Assembly: GCA_964036045.1 (NCBI GenBank)
Contig: OZ038378.1
Span: 55,800,001-55,864,000 of the forward strand
Reading direction: 5' to 3'
Length of the DNA: 64,000 bases
Source: Eutreptiella sp. 'Long Island Sound 2002'
Lineage: Eukaryota > Protista > Euglenida
Shown: positions 48,245 through 58,470 of the stretch, in pieces
Layout of the letters: each line of letters opens with the position of its first letter
Position numbering within the stretch: the first letter of the stretch is position 1
The notes under the pieces: generated by a model
What the model saw: the letters and a program-made list of their open reading frames with translations, nothing else
Told to the model about the DNA's origin: nothing
Databases searched by the model: none
Position numbers and translations under genes: made by a program

Positions 48245-51220
48245 TTGCAGGGGGCAATGGGCAGTGGACCTCCTGCAATGCACTACCGAACTGCCATGGA
48301 GGCAGTCGGCACTGCAACTCTTGCAATGCACTGCCACACTGCCTGGGGGCAGTGGGCAGTGCAACTCCTGGGATGCAACTCCACACTGCCCGGGGGCAGT
48401 GGGCAGTGGAGCTCCTGCAATGCACTGCTTCATCGCCAGGGGGCAGTGGGCAGTGGATCGCCTGCAATGCAATGCCTCACTGCCTGGCAGCAATGGGCAG
48501 TGCAAGTGTGGTGTGGTGTGGTGTGGTGTGGTGTGGTGTGGTGTGGTGTAATGTAGTGTGGTGTGGTGTGGTGTGGTGTAGTGTGGTGTGGTGTGGTGTG
48601 GTGTGGTGTGCCGAAGGCGCTGTTACCATCACGGAATGGCCGAGATGTCTCCCCACGGGTATAGGTAAACGAGAGGGCTGTGTGTCTTAGTGCGCGTTGT
48701 GTGCTAGTGTGTTGTTCTACAGCCGGGAGCTCTGTGGCACTTGGCTGGTACTGTTTTGCCCACACCTTTGCACGGTCACACAGGGTCCAGTGGGCCCCAT
48801 GTGTGCTATGCTGCACCATCTGTACTTTGTGTGCAGTGCCGCACTGTCCGAGGCTGTGCTCCGAAGTGCACTGTGTGTGCATTGCCGCACTACACTTTTG
48901 GGCAGTGGACATGGGGACGTGGAATTTCTGCTATGCACTGTCACACCGCCGGGGGCCGTGGGATGTGCAACTCCTGCAATGCACTGCCTCACTGCCTGGG
49001 GGCAGTGGGCAGGGGAACGCCTGCAATGCACTGCCTCATTGCCTAAGGGCTGTGGGCACTGGAGCTCCTACTTTACACCGCCACACTGTCCGGGGCCAGT
49101 GGGTTGTGGAACTCCTGTCATGCACTGCCACACTGCTTGGGGACAGTGGGCAATGCAACTCCTGCAACGCAGTGCCTCACTGCCTGGGGGCATGGGGCAG
49201 TGGAAGTCCTGCGACGCACGTGCCCCACTGCCCGGGGGCAGTGCGGAGTGCGACTCTTGCAATACACCGCCTGACTGTTTGAGGGTAGGGGGCAACGGAA
49301 CTCGTGCCAGGCACCACCACACTGCCTAGGGGTAGTGGGCGGTGCATCTCCTACAAATCACTACCTCACTGCCTCACTGCCTGGGGGCAACGCAACTCCT
49401 GCAACGCACTACCTCACTGCCTGGGGGCACTGTGCAGTGGAACTCTTGCAATGCACTGCCACAATGCCAGGGGCAGAGGGCACAGCAACTCGTGCAATAC
49501 ACTACCTTGGTGCCTGGGGGCGGTGGGTGGTGCAACTCCTGCACTACACTGCCCCACTGCCTGGGGGCAGTGGGCAGTGCAACTTCTGCAACGGACTGCT
49601 TCAGTGCCTGGGGGCAGCAGGCAGCGGACTCTTGCAATGCCCGGGCACACCAGCTGGGGGACATGGAGTCGTGCCCAGGAGGCGGTCGGTGCATCAAGAG
49701 CGGGACTCCCCCAATGCACTGCCAAACTGCCTGGGGCAGTGGGCGGTGCGACTCCTCTAATACACTGTCTCGCTGCCTGGGGGCAGCGGGCAGTGCAACT
49801 CTTGCAATGCACCGCCTCACTGCCTGGGGGTGGTGGGCAGTGTGGGCCCGCTAGCTGGGGGGACGGGGAGTCCTGCCCGCGAGGCGGTCGTAGCGTATGG
49901 AGTGGAACACGGTCAATGCACTGCCTCACTCCCCGGGGGCAGTGGGCAGTGGAAATCCTGCAATGCGCGGGCCCAGCAGCTGGGGGGGCCAGGGGGTCCT
50001 GCCCGGAAGGCAGTTGCTGCCTAAAGAGCGGAACTCCTGCAATGCACTGCCACAGTGCCTGGGGCAGTGCGCAATGCAACTCCTGCAATACAGTGCCTCA
50101 CTGCCGCTAGGTGAGGCACCGCCTAGGGGCGGTGGGCAAGGCAACTCTTGCAACGCACTACCTCACTATGTGACGGCAGTGGGCAGTGCAACTCCTGCAT
50201 CGCACTGCTACACCGCTTCGTGGCGGCGGGCACTGGAACTCCTGCAATGTACAGGCCAACCAACTAGGGGGACAAGGGGTCGTGCCCAGAAGGCGCTCGC
50301 TGCCTAAAGAGCGGAACACCTGCAATGCACTGCCACACTTTGTGGGGCACTGGGAAGTGCAATTCCTGCCATACACTGCTTGACTTCCTGGGGGAAGCGG
50401 GCAGTGCAACTCCTGCAATGCACCGCCTCACTGCCCGGGGGCAGTGGGCGGTGGAACTCCTGCAATACAACCCCGTACCGCCTGGCGGCAGTGGGCAGTG
50501 GAACTCCCGCGACGCACTACCTCACTGCCTGTGGGCAATGGCCAGCTGAACTCCTCCAATGCATGGCCACACCGCCTAGGGGCGGCGGGCATTGGAACTC
50601 TTGCAATGCGCCCACTAGCTCGGGGAATAGGGAGTCCTGCCCAGGAGCTGGTTGCTGCCTAAAAAGCGAAACTCCTGCAATGCACAGCCACACTACCTCT
50701 AGCAGTGGGTAGTGCAATTCCTGCTATACACTGCCCCATGGCATGGCGGCAGTGGGCAGTGGAACTCCTGCAACGCACTGCCTCACTGCATGGCAGCAGT
50801 GGGCATATAAACTCCTGCAACGCACTGCCGCACTGCCGGGGGGCAGGGGGCAATGGAGCTCCTGCAAAGCGCTGCCTCACTGCCTAGGGGCAATGGCCAT
50901 TGGAACTCCTGCAACGCACTGCCTCAGTGCCTCGGGGCAGTGGGCAGTGCAACTCCTGCCATACACTGCCTCACCGCCTAGGGGCCATGGGCAGTGCAAC
51001 TCTTGCTATGCACCGCCTCACTGCCCGTGGGCACGGGGCAGTGGAACTCTTGCAATGCCTAGGCCCACCAGCTAGGGATACGGGGGGTCCTGCCCAGCAG
51101 GCGGTCGCTGCGTAAAGAGCGGACGTCTTGCAATGCACTGCCTCCTTGCCAGGGGGCAGTGGGCAGTGGGCCGCCTACAATGCACGGCCTCACTGCCTGG
51201 GAGCAGTGGGCGGTGCAGGC
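48245..51220 (+). repeat. 47-bp hairpin satellite array, interrupted by a SINE-like unit at 48506-48900 and by pieces of the 92-bp repeat
   Basis: Consensus gggggcagtgggcagtgcaactcctgcaatgcactgcctcactgcct. Confidence 0.95.
48506..48900 (-). mobile_element. SINE-like unit: unique ~300-bp body plus family C LINE 3' tail plus (CACCA)n; diverged copy
   Basis: (GTGGT)n at 48506-48610, then ccgaaggcgctgttacca...; the body is homologous to 54757-55070 and 58152-58470. Confidence 0.7.
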
Positions 51221-52632
51221 GTGGTGTGGTGTGGTGTGGTGTGCCGAAGGCGATGTTAGAAGAAGGCAATGGCCGGGATCTCCATCCACGGGTACAGGTA
51301 TACGGAGGGGCCGTGTGTGTAGCGCGCGCGACGTGCGTTAGGGTGTGGTTACAGGCGTACAAATGGGGAGCTGGAGAAACCTGGATGTCACCCTCCTGGC
51401 GACAGTTGTCATTAGAGAAGTTCCCGCGGTACTCACTCTCTCTCCGCCTGCTGATGCAGGCATAGATCCTGCAACACCCACGCCATCGTGCTGCCTGGGC
51501 CCGGGCGGGCTTTCAGCAACATGGCACGTGCCTTGGCGTGGGCGTACCAGACTCTGATGGACTCCTCGATGACGTGACGTATGAACTCTGTCCCCAGCGG
51601 GTGGGGCCGTGAGCACTAATGTGGGCTCGCTGCACAAAGGGGGTACGCAAGGCTGCAGCCCACTGCTGCAGTACAGTCGGCTCCGACAGCTGATGGCGCA
51701 CGGAGGCAGCCCGTTTCCCCACCTTATGGTCGAGCCACTCCGCGAGCCGCCGGGGTGTTGTTTCGGGCTGCGCTCCAAAGCGAAGGCACGTGGTGGGAGG
51801 ACCGGTGCGCCAGGACGGTCATCGTGGGGATGTTGTCCATTCGGTGCGCCGTAACGTGGCGCTGTTGGTCGCTATCGACCCAATCGCGGGGGAGTCCACT
51901 CCTTGACGTGTAGTTCGCTCCCCATCGGGCCTCATAGCCGGCCCGCGCCTATATGGAGGCCCGATCTTGCAACCAATTGCGCAGCTCCGTTGGGGAGAGC
52001 TGGCACCGGTCCCGGTAGGCTACCAGGGGGAGGAAGCAGAAGGGGCGCCGGAGGAGGCACGTTAGGTCCAGCTTTGGTGGCTCCTGTGTTGCTGCATCAA
52101 CACGGACGTTCATGTCCAAAATCCAGTGCGACGGCGTGGTAACCACGTTGATGGATGACGTTGGGGAGAGGCGTTGTCGTCCTTGGACAGTGGCGTAGAG
52201 GTGGTGTATAGCATCTCCACAGTGGTCTCCTTCTTGATACGTTCGGAGGGCCCTCTCCACCGCCTCTGAGTCTGGCAGCAGCCAAAATACCCCGGCTGGT
52301 GCGCCAGCCTACGGATCTGAGAGAGGAGTATCATGGCTTCCCCCTCTTGGGAGGTGCCTACCCCGGAGGCCACGAGGGGTCCGGTAGGCCTTTGGGCCGC
52401 TCTAGGCGACCCCTGCCATAGCCATGCCTGCCTGTGTGGATCCCGCATCCACTGCGGCACTGCTGCCGCGAAGAGCTGCCAACGCCGGCAGTTCATGGAA
52501 CCAAATGCCTAGCTTGACGTCGGGGGCCAAAACTTGCGGGGGGGTGATAGCCACGCCGTGCGGCGCCACAAGAGCTAGGTCCCCATGGTGTTCTCGGACG
52601 TGGGTTCGCAGGGCAGGGCCGTTACTGTCCCC
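51221..52632 (-). mobile_element. 5'-truncated LINE (family C): RNase H, C-terminus and (CACCA)n tail
   Basis: AAVDAGSTQAGMAMAGV (D), GTSQEGEAMILL (E), FWLLPDSEAV (D) and TPSHWILDMNVRVDAA (SH..N..D) across frameshifts; tail at 51221-51244. Confidence 0.85.
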
Positions 52633-53790
52633 GCCGTACCGCTCGAGGTACACCAGCCTGGGGGGACGGGGAGTCCTGCCCAGGCGGTGGTCGGTGCTCA
52701 AGGAGGGCTTTCAGGGGGCAGCAACCCCTAAGGCCCGGGCACACCAGTCTGGGGGGACGGGGAGTCCTACCCAAGCGGTGGTCGGTGCTCAAGGAGGGCC
52801 TGCGGGGGGGCAACAGTTCCCAACAGCGAGGGCATACCAGCTTGGGGGGACGGGGAGTCCTGCACAGGCGATGGTCGGTGCTCAAGGAGGGCCGGCGGGG
52901 GGCAGCAGCTCCCAAGGCCCGGGCACACCCGTCTGGGAGGACGGAGAGTCCTGCCCAGGCGGTGGTCGGTGCTCCAGGAGTGCCTGCGGGGGGCAGCAGT
53001 TCCCAACAGCCCGGGCATACCAGCCTGGGGGGACGGGGAGTCCTGCCCAGGCGGTGGTCGGTGCTCAAGGAGGGCCTTCAGGGGGCAGCAGCCCCTAAGG
53101 CCCGGGCAGAGCAGTCTGGGGAACCGGGAGTCCTACCCAGGCGGTGGTCGGTGCTCTAGGAGGGCCTGCGGGGGGCAGCAGTTCCCAGCAGCCCAGGCAT
53201 ACCAGCTTGGGGGGGCAGGGGGGTCCTGCCCAGGCGGTGGTCGGTGCTTAAGGAGGGCCTGCGGGGGGCAGCAGCTCCCGAGGCCCGGGCACACCAGCAT
53301 GGGGGGACGGGGAGTCCTGCCCAGGCGGTGGTTAGTGCTCAACGAGGGCCTACGGGGGGTAGCAGTTCCCAACGGCCCGCGCACACCATCCTGGGGGGAC
53401 GCTGAGTCCTACCCAGGCGGTGGTCGGTGCTCAAGTAGGGGCTTGCGGGGGGCAGCAGCCCCCGAGGCACGGGCACACCAGCATGGGGGGACAGGCAGTC
53501 CTGCTTAGGGGGTGGTCGGTGCTAAAATAGGGCCTGCAAGGGGCAGCAGCTCCCAACGGCCCGGGCACACCTGCGTGGGGGGACGGGGAGTCGGGCCCAA
53601 GCGGTGGTGGGTGCTCCAGGAGGGCCTATGGGGGGCAGCAGTTCCCAACAGCCCGGGCATACCAGCCTTGGGGGACGGGGAGCCCTGCCCAGGCGGTGGT
53701 CGGTGCTCAAGGAGAACTTGTGGGGGGCAGCAGTTCCCAATGACCCGGCCACACCGGCTGGGGGGGGACGGGGAGTCGTGCCAAGGGTGA
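52632..53790. repeat. About 92-bp GC-rich tandem repeat, roughly 12 copies
   Basis: gagtcc anchor at 52671, 52762, 52855, 52946 and 53038. Confidence 0.95.
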
Positions 53791-55552
53791 GGTCGGTGCC
53801 CAAAGAGCGGAATTCCTGCAATGCACTGCCACGCTGCCTGAGGCACTGAGCAGTGCAACTCCTACCATACACTGCCGAACTGCTTGGCGGTAGTGGGCAG
53901 TGGAACTCCTGCAACGCACTGCCTCACTGCCTGGGGGCAGTGAACGGTGGAACTTCCGTTACGCACGACCTCACTTCCTGGGGGCAGCGGGCAGTGCAGC
54001 TCCTTCAATGCACTGCCACACTGCTTGGGGCCAGTGGGTAGTGGAACACTTGCAACGCACTGCCTCACTGCCTGGGGGAATTGAACGGTGGAACTTCCGC
54101 TTTGCACTGCCTCACTTCCTCCCTTCCTGGGGCCAGTGGGCAGTGCAATTCCTGCAAACCACTGCCACACCACCTGGGGGCGGACGGCAGTGGAACTCCT
54201 GCAATGCGCGGGCCCACCAACTGGGGGGACAGGGGGTCCTCCCCCGGAGGCGGTCGCTGCCTACAGAGTGGAACTCCTGCAATACACTGCCACACCGCCT
54301 GGGGGCGGTGGGCAGTGGAACTCCTGCAATACAGTGCCCCACCGCCTGGGGGCAGCGGGCAGTGCAACTCTTGCAATGCACCGCCTCGCTGCATGGGGGC
54401 AGTGGGCGGTGTAGCTACTGCAACGCACTACCTCACTGCCTGGGGCAGTGGACAGTGCAACTCTTGCAATGCACTGCCACACCGCCTAGGGGAAGTGGGC
54501 AGTGGAACTCCTGCAATACACTGCCTCACTGCCTGGGGGCACTGGGCATTGGACTGCCTGCAATGCACTGCCTCACTGCCTGGGAGCAGTGGGCAGTGCA
54601 GCCGTGTTGTGGTGTGGTGTGGTGTGGTGTGGTGTGGTGTGGTGTGGTGTGGTGTGGTGTGGTGTGGTGTGGTGTGGTGTGGTGTGGTGTGGTGTGGCGT
54701 GGTGTGGTGTGGTGTGGTGTGGTGTGGTGTGGTGTGGTGTGGTGTGGTGTGGTGTGCCGAAGGCGTTGTTACCAAATGGCAAAAGGCGGGGATGTCTACC
54801 CAAGGGCAAAGGTAAACGGGCTGGGCCGTGTGTGTGCTGCGCGCGCGCTGTGTGTAAGTGTGTTGGTGCATAGCCGGACCAGTGCACTCTCGCACTTGGC
54901 CGACACTGCCCTGCCGACGCTTGCGCGCAGTCACACAGGGTCTCATTGGTCCAGTGCACTCTGCGTGCCGCGCTGCACCATCAGTGCTTTCTGTGTGGTG
55001 CCGCACTGCTTGGTGCTGTGCACTACACCGCACTATGTGTGCCCTGCTGCACTGCTGCTGTGGGCAGAGGGCAGTGGGCAGTGTAACGCACTGCCACGCC
55101 GCCTGGGGGTTGTGGGCAGTGGAAATCCTGCTTCACACTGCCGCATTGCCTGGGGGCAGTGGGGAGTGGTACTCCTGCCCTACACTGCCTCTGTGCCTTG
55201 GGGCAGTGGGCCGGACATCTCCTGCCATAAACTGTCTCACTGCCTGGGGGCAGTGGGCAGCGCTACTCCTTCAATGCACTGCGCCCATGCCTGGGGGGTG
55301 GGCAGTGGATCTCCTGCAATACACTGCCTGCCTCGGGGCAGTGGGCAGCGGGCCTCCTGTTACACACTGCCTCACTGCCTGGGGGCAGTGGGCAGTGGAC
55401 CTCCTGCAATACACTGCCCCAATGCCTGGGGGCAGTGGGCAGTGCAACTCCTTTTATGCCTTGCCCCAATCCCCGGGGGCAGTGGGCAGTGGATCTCTTG
55501 CAATACACTGCCTCACTGCCTGGGGGCAGTGGGCAGTGGATCTCCTGCAATG
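53790..55552 (+). repeat. 47-bp hairpin satellite array, interrupted by a SINE-like unit at 54604-55070
   Basis: Direct monomer recurrence. Confidence 0.95.
54604..55070 (-). mobile_element. SINE-like unit with a long (CACCA)n tail
   Basis: About 150 bp of (GTGGT)n, then the tail core and body; closely similar to 58099-58470. Confidence 0.75.
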
Positions 55553-55708
55553 TGGTGTGGTGTGGTGTGGTGTGCAGGGGTTGCCGTAAGCGAAAAAAAA
55601 AACTCAAAGTGTCCAATACGCCCTACCTCACCAAAGGCCCTGCACTAAGAGACACACACCACACAGTGTGCGCGCCGCGCCGGCTCCTTAAACGCCCACA
55701 TCCGTTGT

Positions 55709-57669
55709 TCAAGGGTACAATTGCGAGAAGTGTGCGGTCACACGGGCCAGCAATGCAGGCTTGGTACCGCGCACTGAGAGACTATGGAGTCTGCAAATGG
55801 ACTTCAATTCAACCACTGTCCACTCAATCATTGTCCCTTGCTTCATGGCTTTGCTCACCTCTCTGTCTACATCATATTGAAACTGCACTTTGGCACTGCC
55901 GTCACTGGTAGGGCGCTGGACCTGGGGGGGGGGGGGGGGGGCAGGGTGTACATCTTGCTGCACTATCGGTTCCAAGGCAGGGGAGGGGGCATCTACATCT
56001 TGATCAACATCACTGGCGTCACTTTCTGCATCCCCAACGACGCCATATGTCTCCCAAATTTTATCGCAATTGGGGCTGGAGTCATTGCTCTGTGAGACAA
56101 TCCACAGAGCACGCATTTAATCCGTCACCTCAGGGGTGGGGCTATCAACTGGGACTGCAAGATCCTTGAACGCCTCAAAATGAAGGAGTGGGCAGTCATC
56201 CAACCCTGTTTTTCCTCTCCGTCTACTTTGCGCTTTCTGGGTCGAAATGGAACGTCCCGCAATGCGTTAAACACGGCTGCGGGACACCAGTCCTCTGGAG
56301 CCTCACCGTTACACCGAACAAGCAAATCATCACTCATGAAGTGTGTGGGTTGGCCCGCATCTGCCTGAGTCATGTAACTAAACACACGCTCACATGAACA
56401 GGAGCTAGCCTCTGCGAAATCTGGCAGGCTGTCAGGGTTAACCCAATTGCCCTCAGCGAACCGCGATTGCAGATCAGAAATGAGGGCGTTGAGAAAGCAT
56501 GCCCGGCTACCACGAGCAGGGCTGATCGCTGGGTCAACACACAGTCGGCTCTCCCACCCGTCCTCCAAAACATGTGTGCGCAGATGTGCAAGTTGGGTGC
56601 ACATCACATGCACCATACCACGCACGGCATCGATGGTTACACCCCGGTTATCTTGCACAAGTTTGCTGCCTGCACACACGATGGTGAAAACATCTGCAAA
56701 GAAGGCCGCTGACACCCGGAAAAGATTGTTCGATAGGGCTGCCAGAAGCTCAGCGGCCTTCGCCTTCCGTTGTGTGTCTCCTTCACCAGAAATGTATTCG
56801 GGTAGGTGTTTGAGGGCTGCATCCAAATTTTGTAAAACAATTGTTAGCTCCCTGCCCGTTGCTTCTACCCATCACACTCCCGTGCGTGACTGGAAGCAAT
56901 GCCTGCCCCCATGCCGGCCTAGGCCACACATTCGTTTCGAAGAGGTGCGGTAAAAAATGCACATCACGGAGATTGCCAAATCAAGTGCCTTGTACCACGT
57001 TCTCACTGCGGCCTTCCCATGGGCAACACTACGCATCAGCCCATGCGCAGCATCTCGGATCCAAACAATGGGGTCGGCATTGGAGGGACGCGCGGCATTC
57101 AACTTTGCCACATAGGAGCCCATGACAGTCGCTCCATCAGACACAACACCCACCAACCCGTCCAAAATCCACTGCCAGGGGATATCAAGACGGCGGAAAA
57201 TTTTCTGCGCGGCAACATCATATGCAACAGCATTTGATGCATTAGGATCGCAATCCTGCACATCATCGTTAGGCACCATGTCCTCCAAACCAACAAAAAT
57301 CTCCCCTCCATTGTCCCCCCGGACAAAAACGGAAATTGGCTCTGACTTGGCAGCGCGCCGTGTTTCGGCATCCAGCAGAATTACCAACTTGTTCAACTGC
57401 AGTGTCAGCAGCTTGGTGCGCTTCCTAGCACCCTCTACTATCATGTTGCGAATGCGTTGGTAACTGGAGTGCCCACAGTATGAACGAAGGGTGCGGTCCC
57501 TACCCTTAATGTGGTCCAGAGAACGGATAGACTTGTAAAAAATGTACCCTTTCTCTGAGTGAAGAGCCCCATAACAATTTATCACTGCCCTCTGGACTGG
57601 CACAGGGACGCGGTATCGGAGATCCCCACCGCTGCAGAGAGGGGGGATAAAATCAGAAGTGGCCCACAA
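55709..57669 (-). pseudogene. hAT transposase pseudogene with a C-terminal SAP domain
   Basis: LVILLDAETRR (D1), VVSDGATVMG (D2), WIRDAAHGL (CxxH position), FYRTSSKR, GV*WVEA (RW, TGA for CGA), and ASSCSCERVFSYM (E, dimerisation domain). After a frameshift and stop comes an acidic linker and WTVVELKSICRLHSLSVRGTKPALLARV (SAP). Confidence 0.9.
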
Positions 57670-57905
57670 GTGGGCGAATTGGCTACCTCACCCCTGCCGT
57701 ATCGGGGATCCCCACCGCTGCAGAGCGGGGGGATAAAATCAGAAGTGGCCCACAAGTGGGCAAAGTGGCTACCTCACCCCTGCCGTATCGGGGATCCGCA
57801 CCGCTGCAGAGCGGGGGGATAAAATGAGAAGTGACCCACAACTGGGCAAAGTGGCTACCTCACTCCTGCCGTATCGGGGATCCCCACCGCTTCAGAGCGG
57901 GGGGC
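57613..57905. repeat. 86-bp subterminal tandem repeat, about 3.4 copies, each with two short hairpins
   Basis: gtatcgg at 57613, 57699, 57785 and 57871; hairpins ccgct-gcag-agcgg and gcccac-aa-gtgggc. Confidence 0.95.
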
Positions 57906-57953
57906 AAACATGAAGACACAAAAAACACCAAAAAAGCGAAGGCAAAAATATTG

Positions 57954-58027
57954 CAGGCAACTGGGTTTGAACCCAGGTCCTATGAAATCAGCGCCTAGTG
58001 CTACTACTGACTATGCTATGCCACGCC
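57954..58027 (-). ncRNA. tRNA-like Pol III cassette inside the hAT element
   Basis: A-box-like TGGCATAG / TAGCATAGTCAG, T-arm CTGGG-TTCAAA-CCCAG, and TTTTT shortly downstream. The anticodon arm does not fold. Confidence 0.55.
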
Positions 58028-58098
58028 TCACACATCACAGAGTGGTTGCCTTAGTAAAAAAAAAACAAAAACTCTGAGCGTCCTAATGGCAACCTCTG

Positions 58099-58470
58099 GT
58101 GGTGTGGTGTGGTGTGGTGTGGTGTGGTGTGGTGTGGTGTGGTGTGGTGTGCCGAAGGCGCTGTTACCAAAAGGCAAAGGCCGGGATGTCTACCCACGGG
58201 TACAGGTAAACGGGCTGGGCTGTGTGTGTGTTGTGTGCGCGCTGTGTGTAAGTGTGTTGTGGCATAGCCGGACCAGTGCACTCTCGCACTTGGCCGACAC
58301 CGCCTTGCCGACGCCTGCGCGCAGTCACACAGGGTCTCATTTGCCCACTGCACCCTGCGTGCCGCGCTACACCACCAGTGCCTTCTGTGTGGTGCCGCAC
58401 TACTTCGTGCTCTGCACCACACTGCATTGTGTGTGCCCTGCTGCACTGTTGTTGTGGGCAGGGGGCAGTG
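58099..58470 (-). mobile_element. SINE-like unit whose (CACCA)n tail was split by the hAT insertion (rest of tail at 55553-55574)
   Basis: Same tail core and body as 54604-55070; the TSD lies within the microsatellite. Confidence 0.8.

Larger units (their letters stand above)
55575..58098 (-). mobile_element. hAT DNA transposon, 2524 bp, inserted into a (GTGGT)n tail
   Basis: 16-bp TIRs caggggttgccgtaag (55575-55590) / ctaatggcaacctctg (58083-58098) match 13 of 16. 8-bp TSD gtggtgtg at 55567-55574 and 58099-58106. Confidence 0.92.

Noticed and set aside
54604-54756. (GTGGT)n as an interstitial telomere
   Set aside because: Wherever it is intact it is attached to the same LINE 3' core, so it is better explained as a retroelement tail.
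16810-57669. Excess of CAG>TAG, CGA>TGA and TGG>TAG stops as evidence of RIP-like or methylation-driven mutation
   Set aside because: These are the stops expected from ordinary transition bias. A context-resolved mutation spectrum against family consensi would be needed.
57613-57905. 86-bp unit as an HDV-like or hammerhead ribozyme (GGCGAAU after a hairpin)
   Set aside because: I could not build P1/P2 pairings on either strand, and there is no CUGAUGA/GAAA core.
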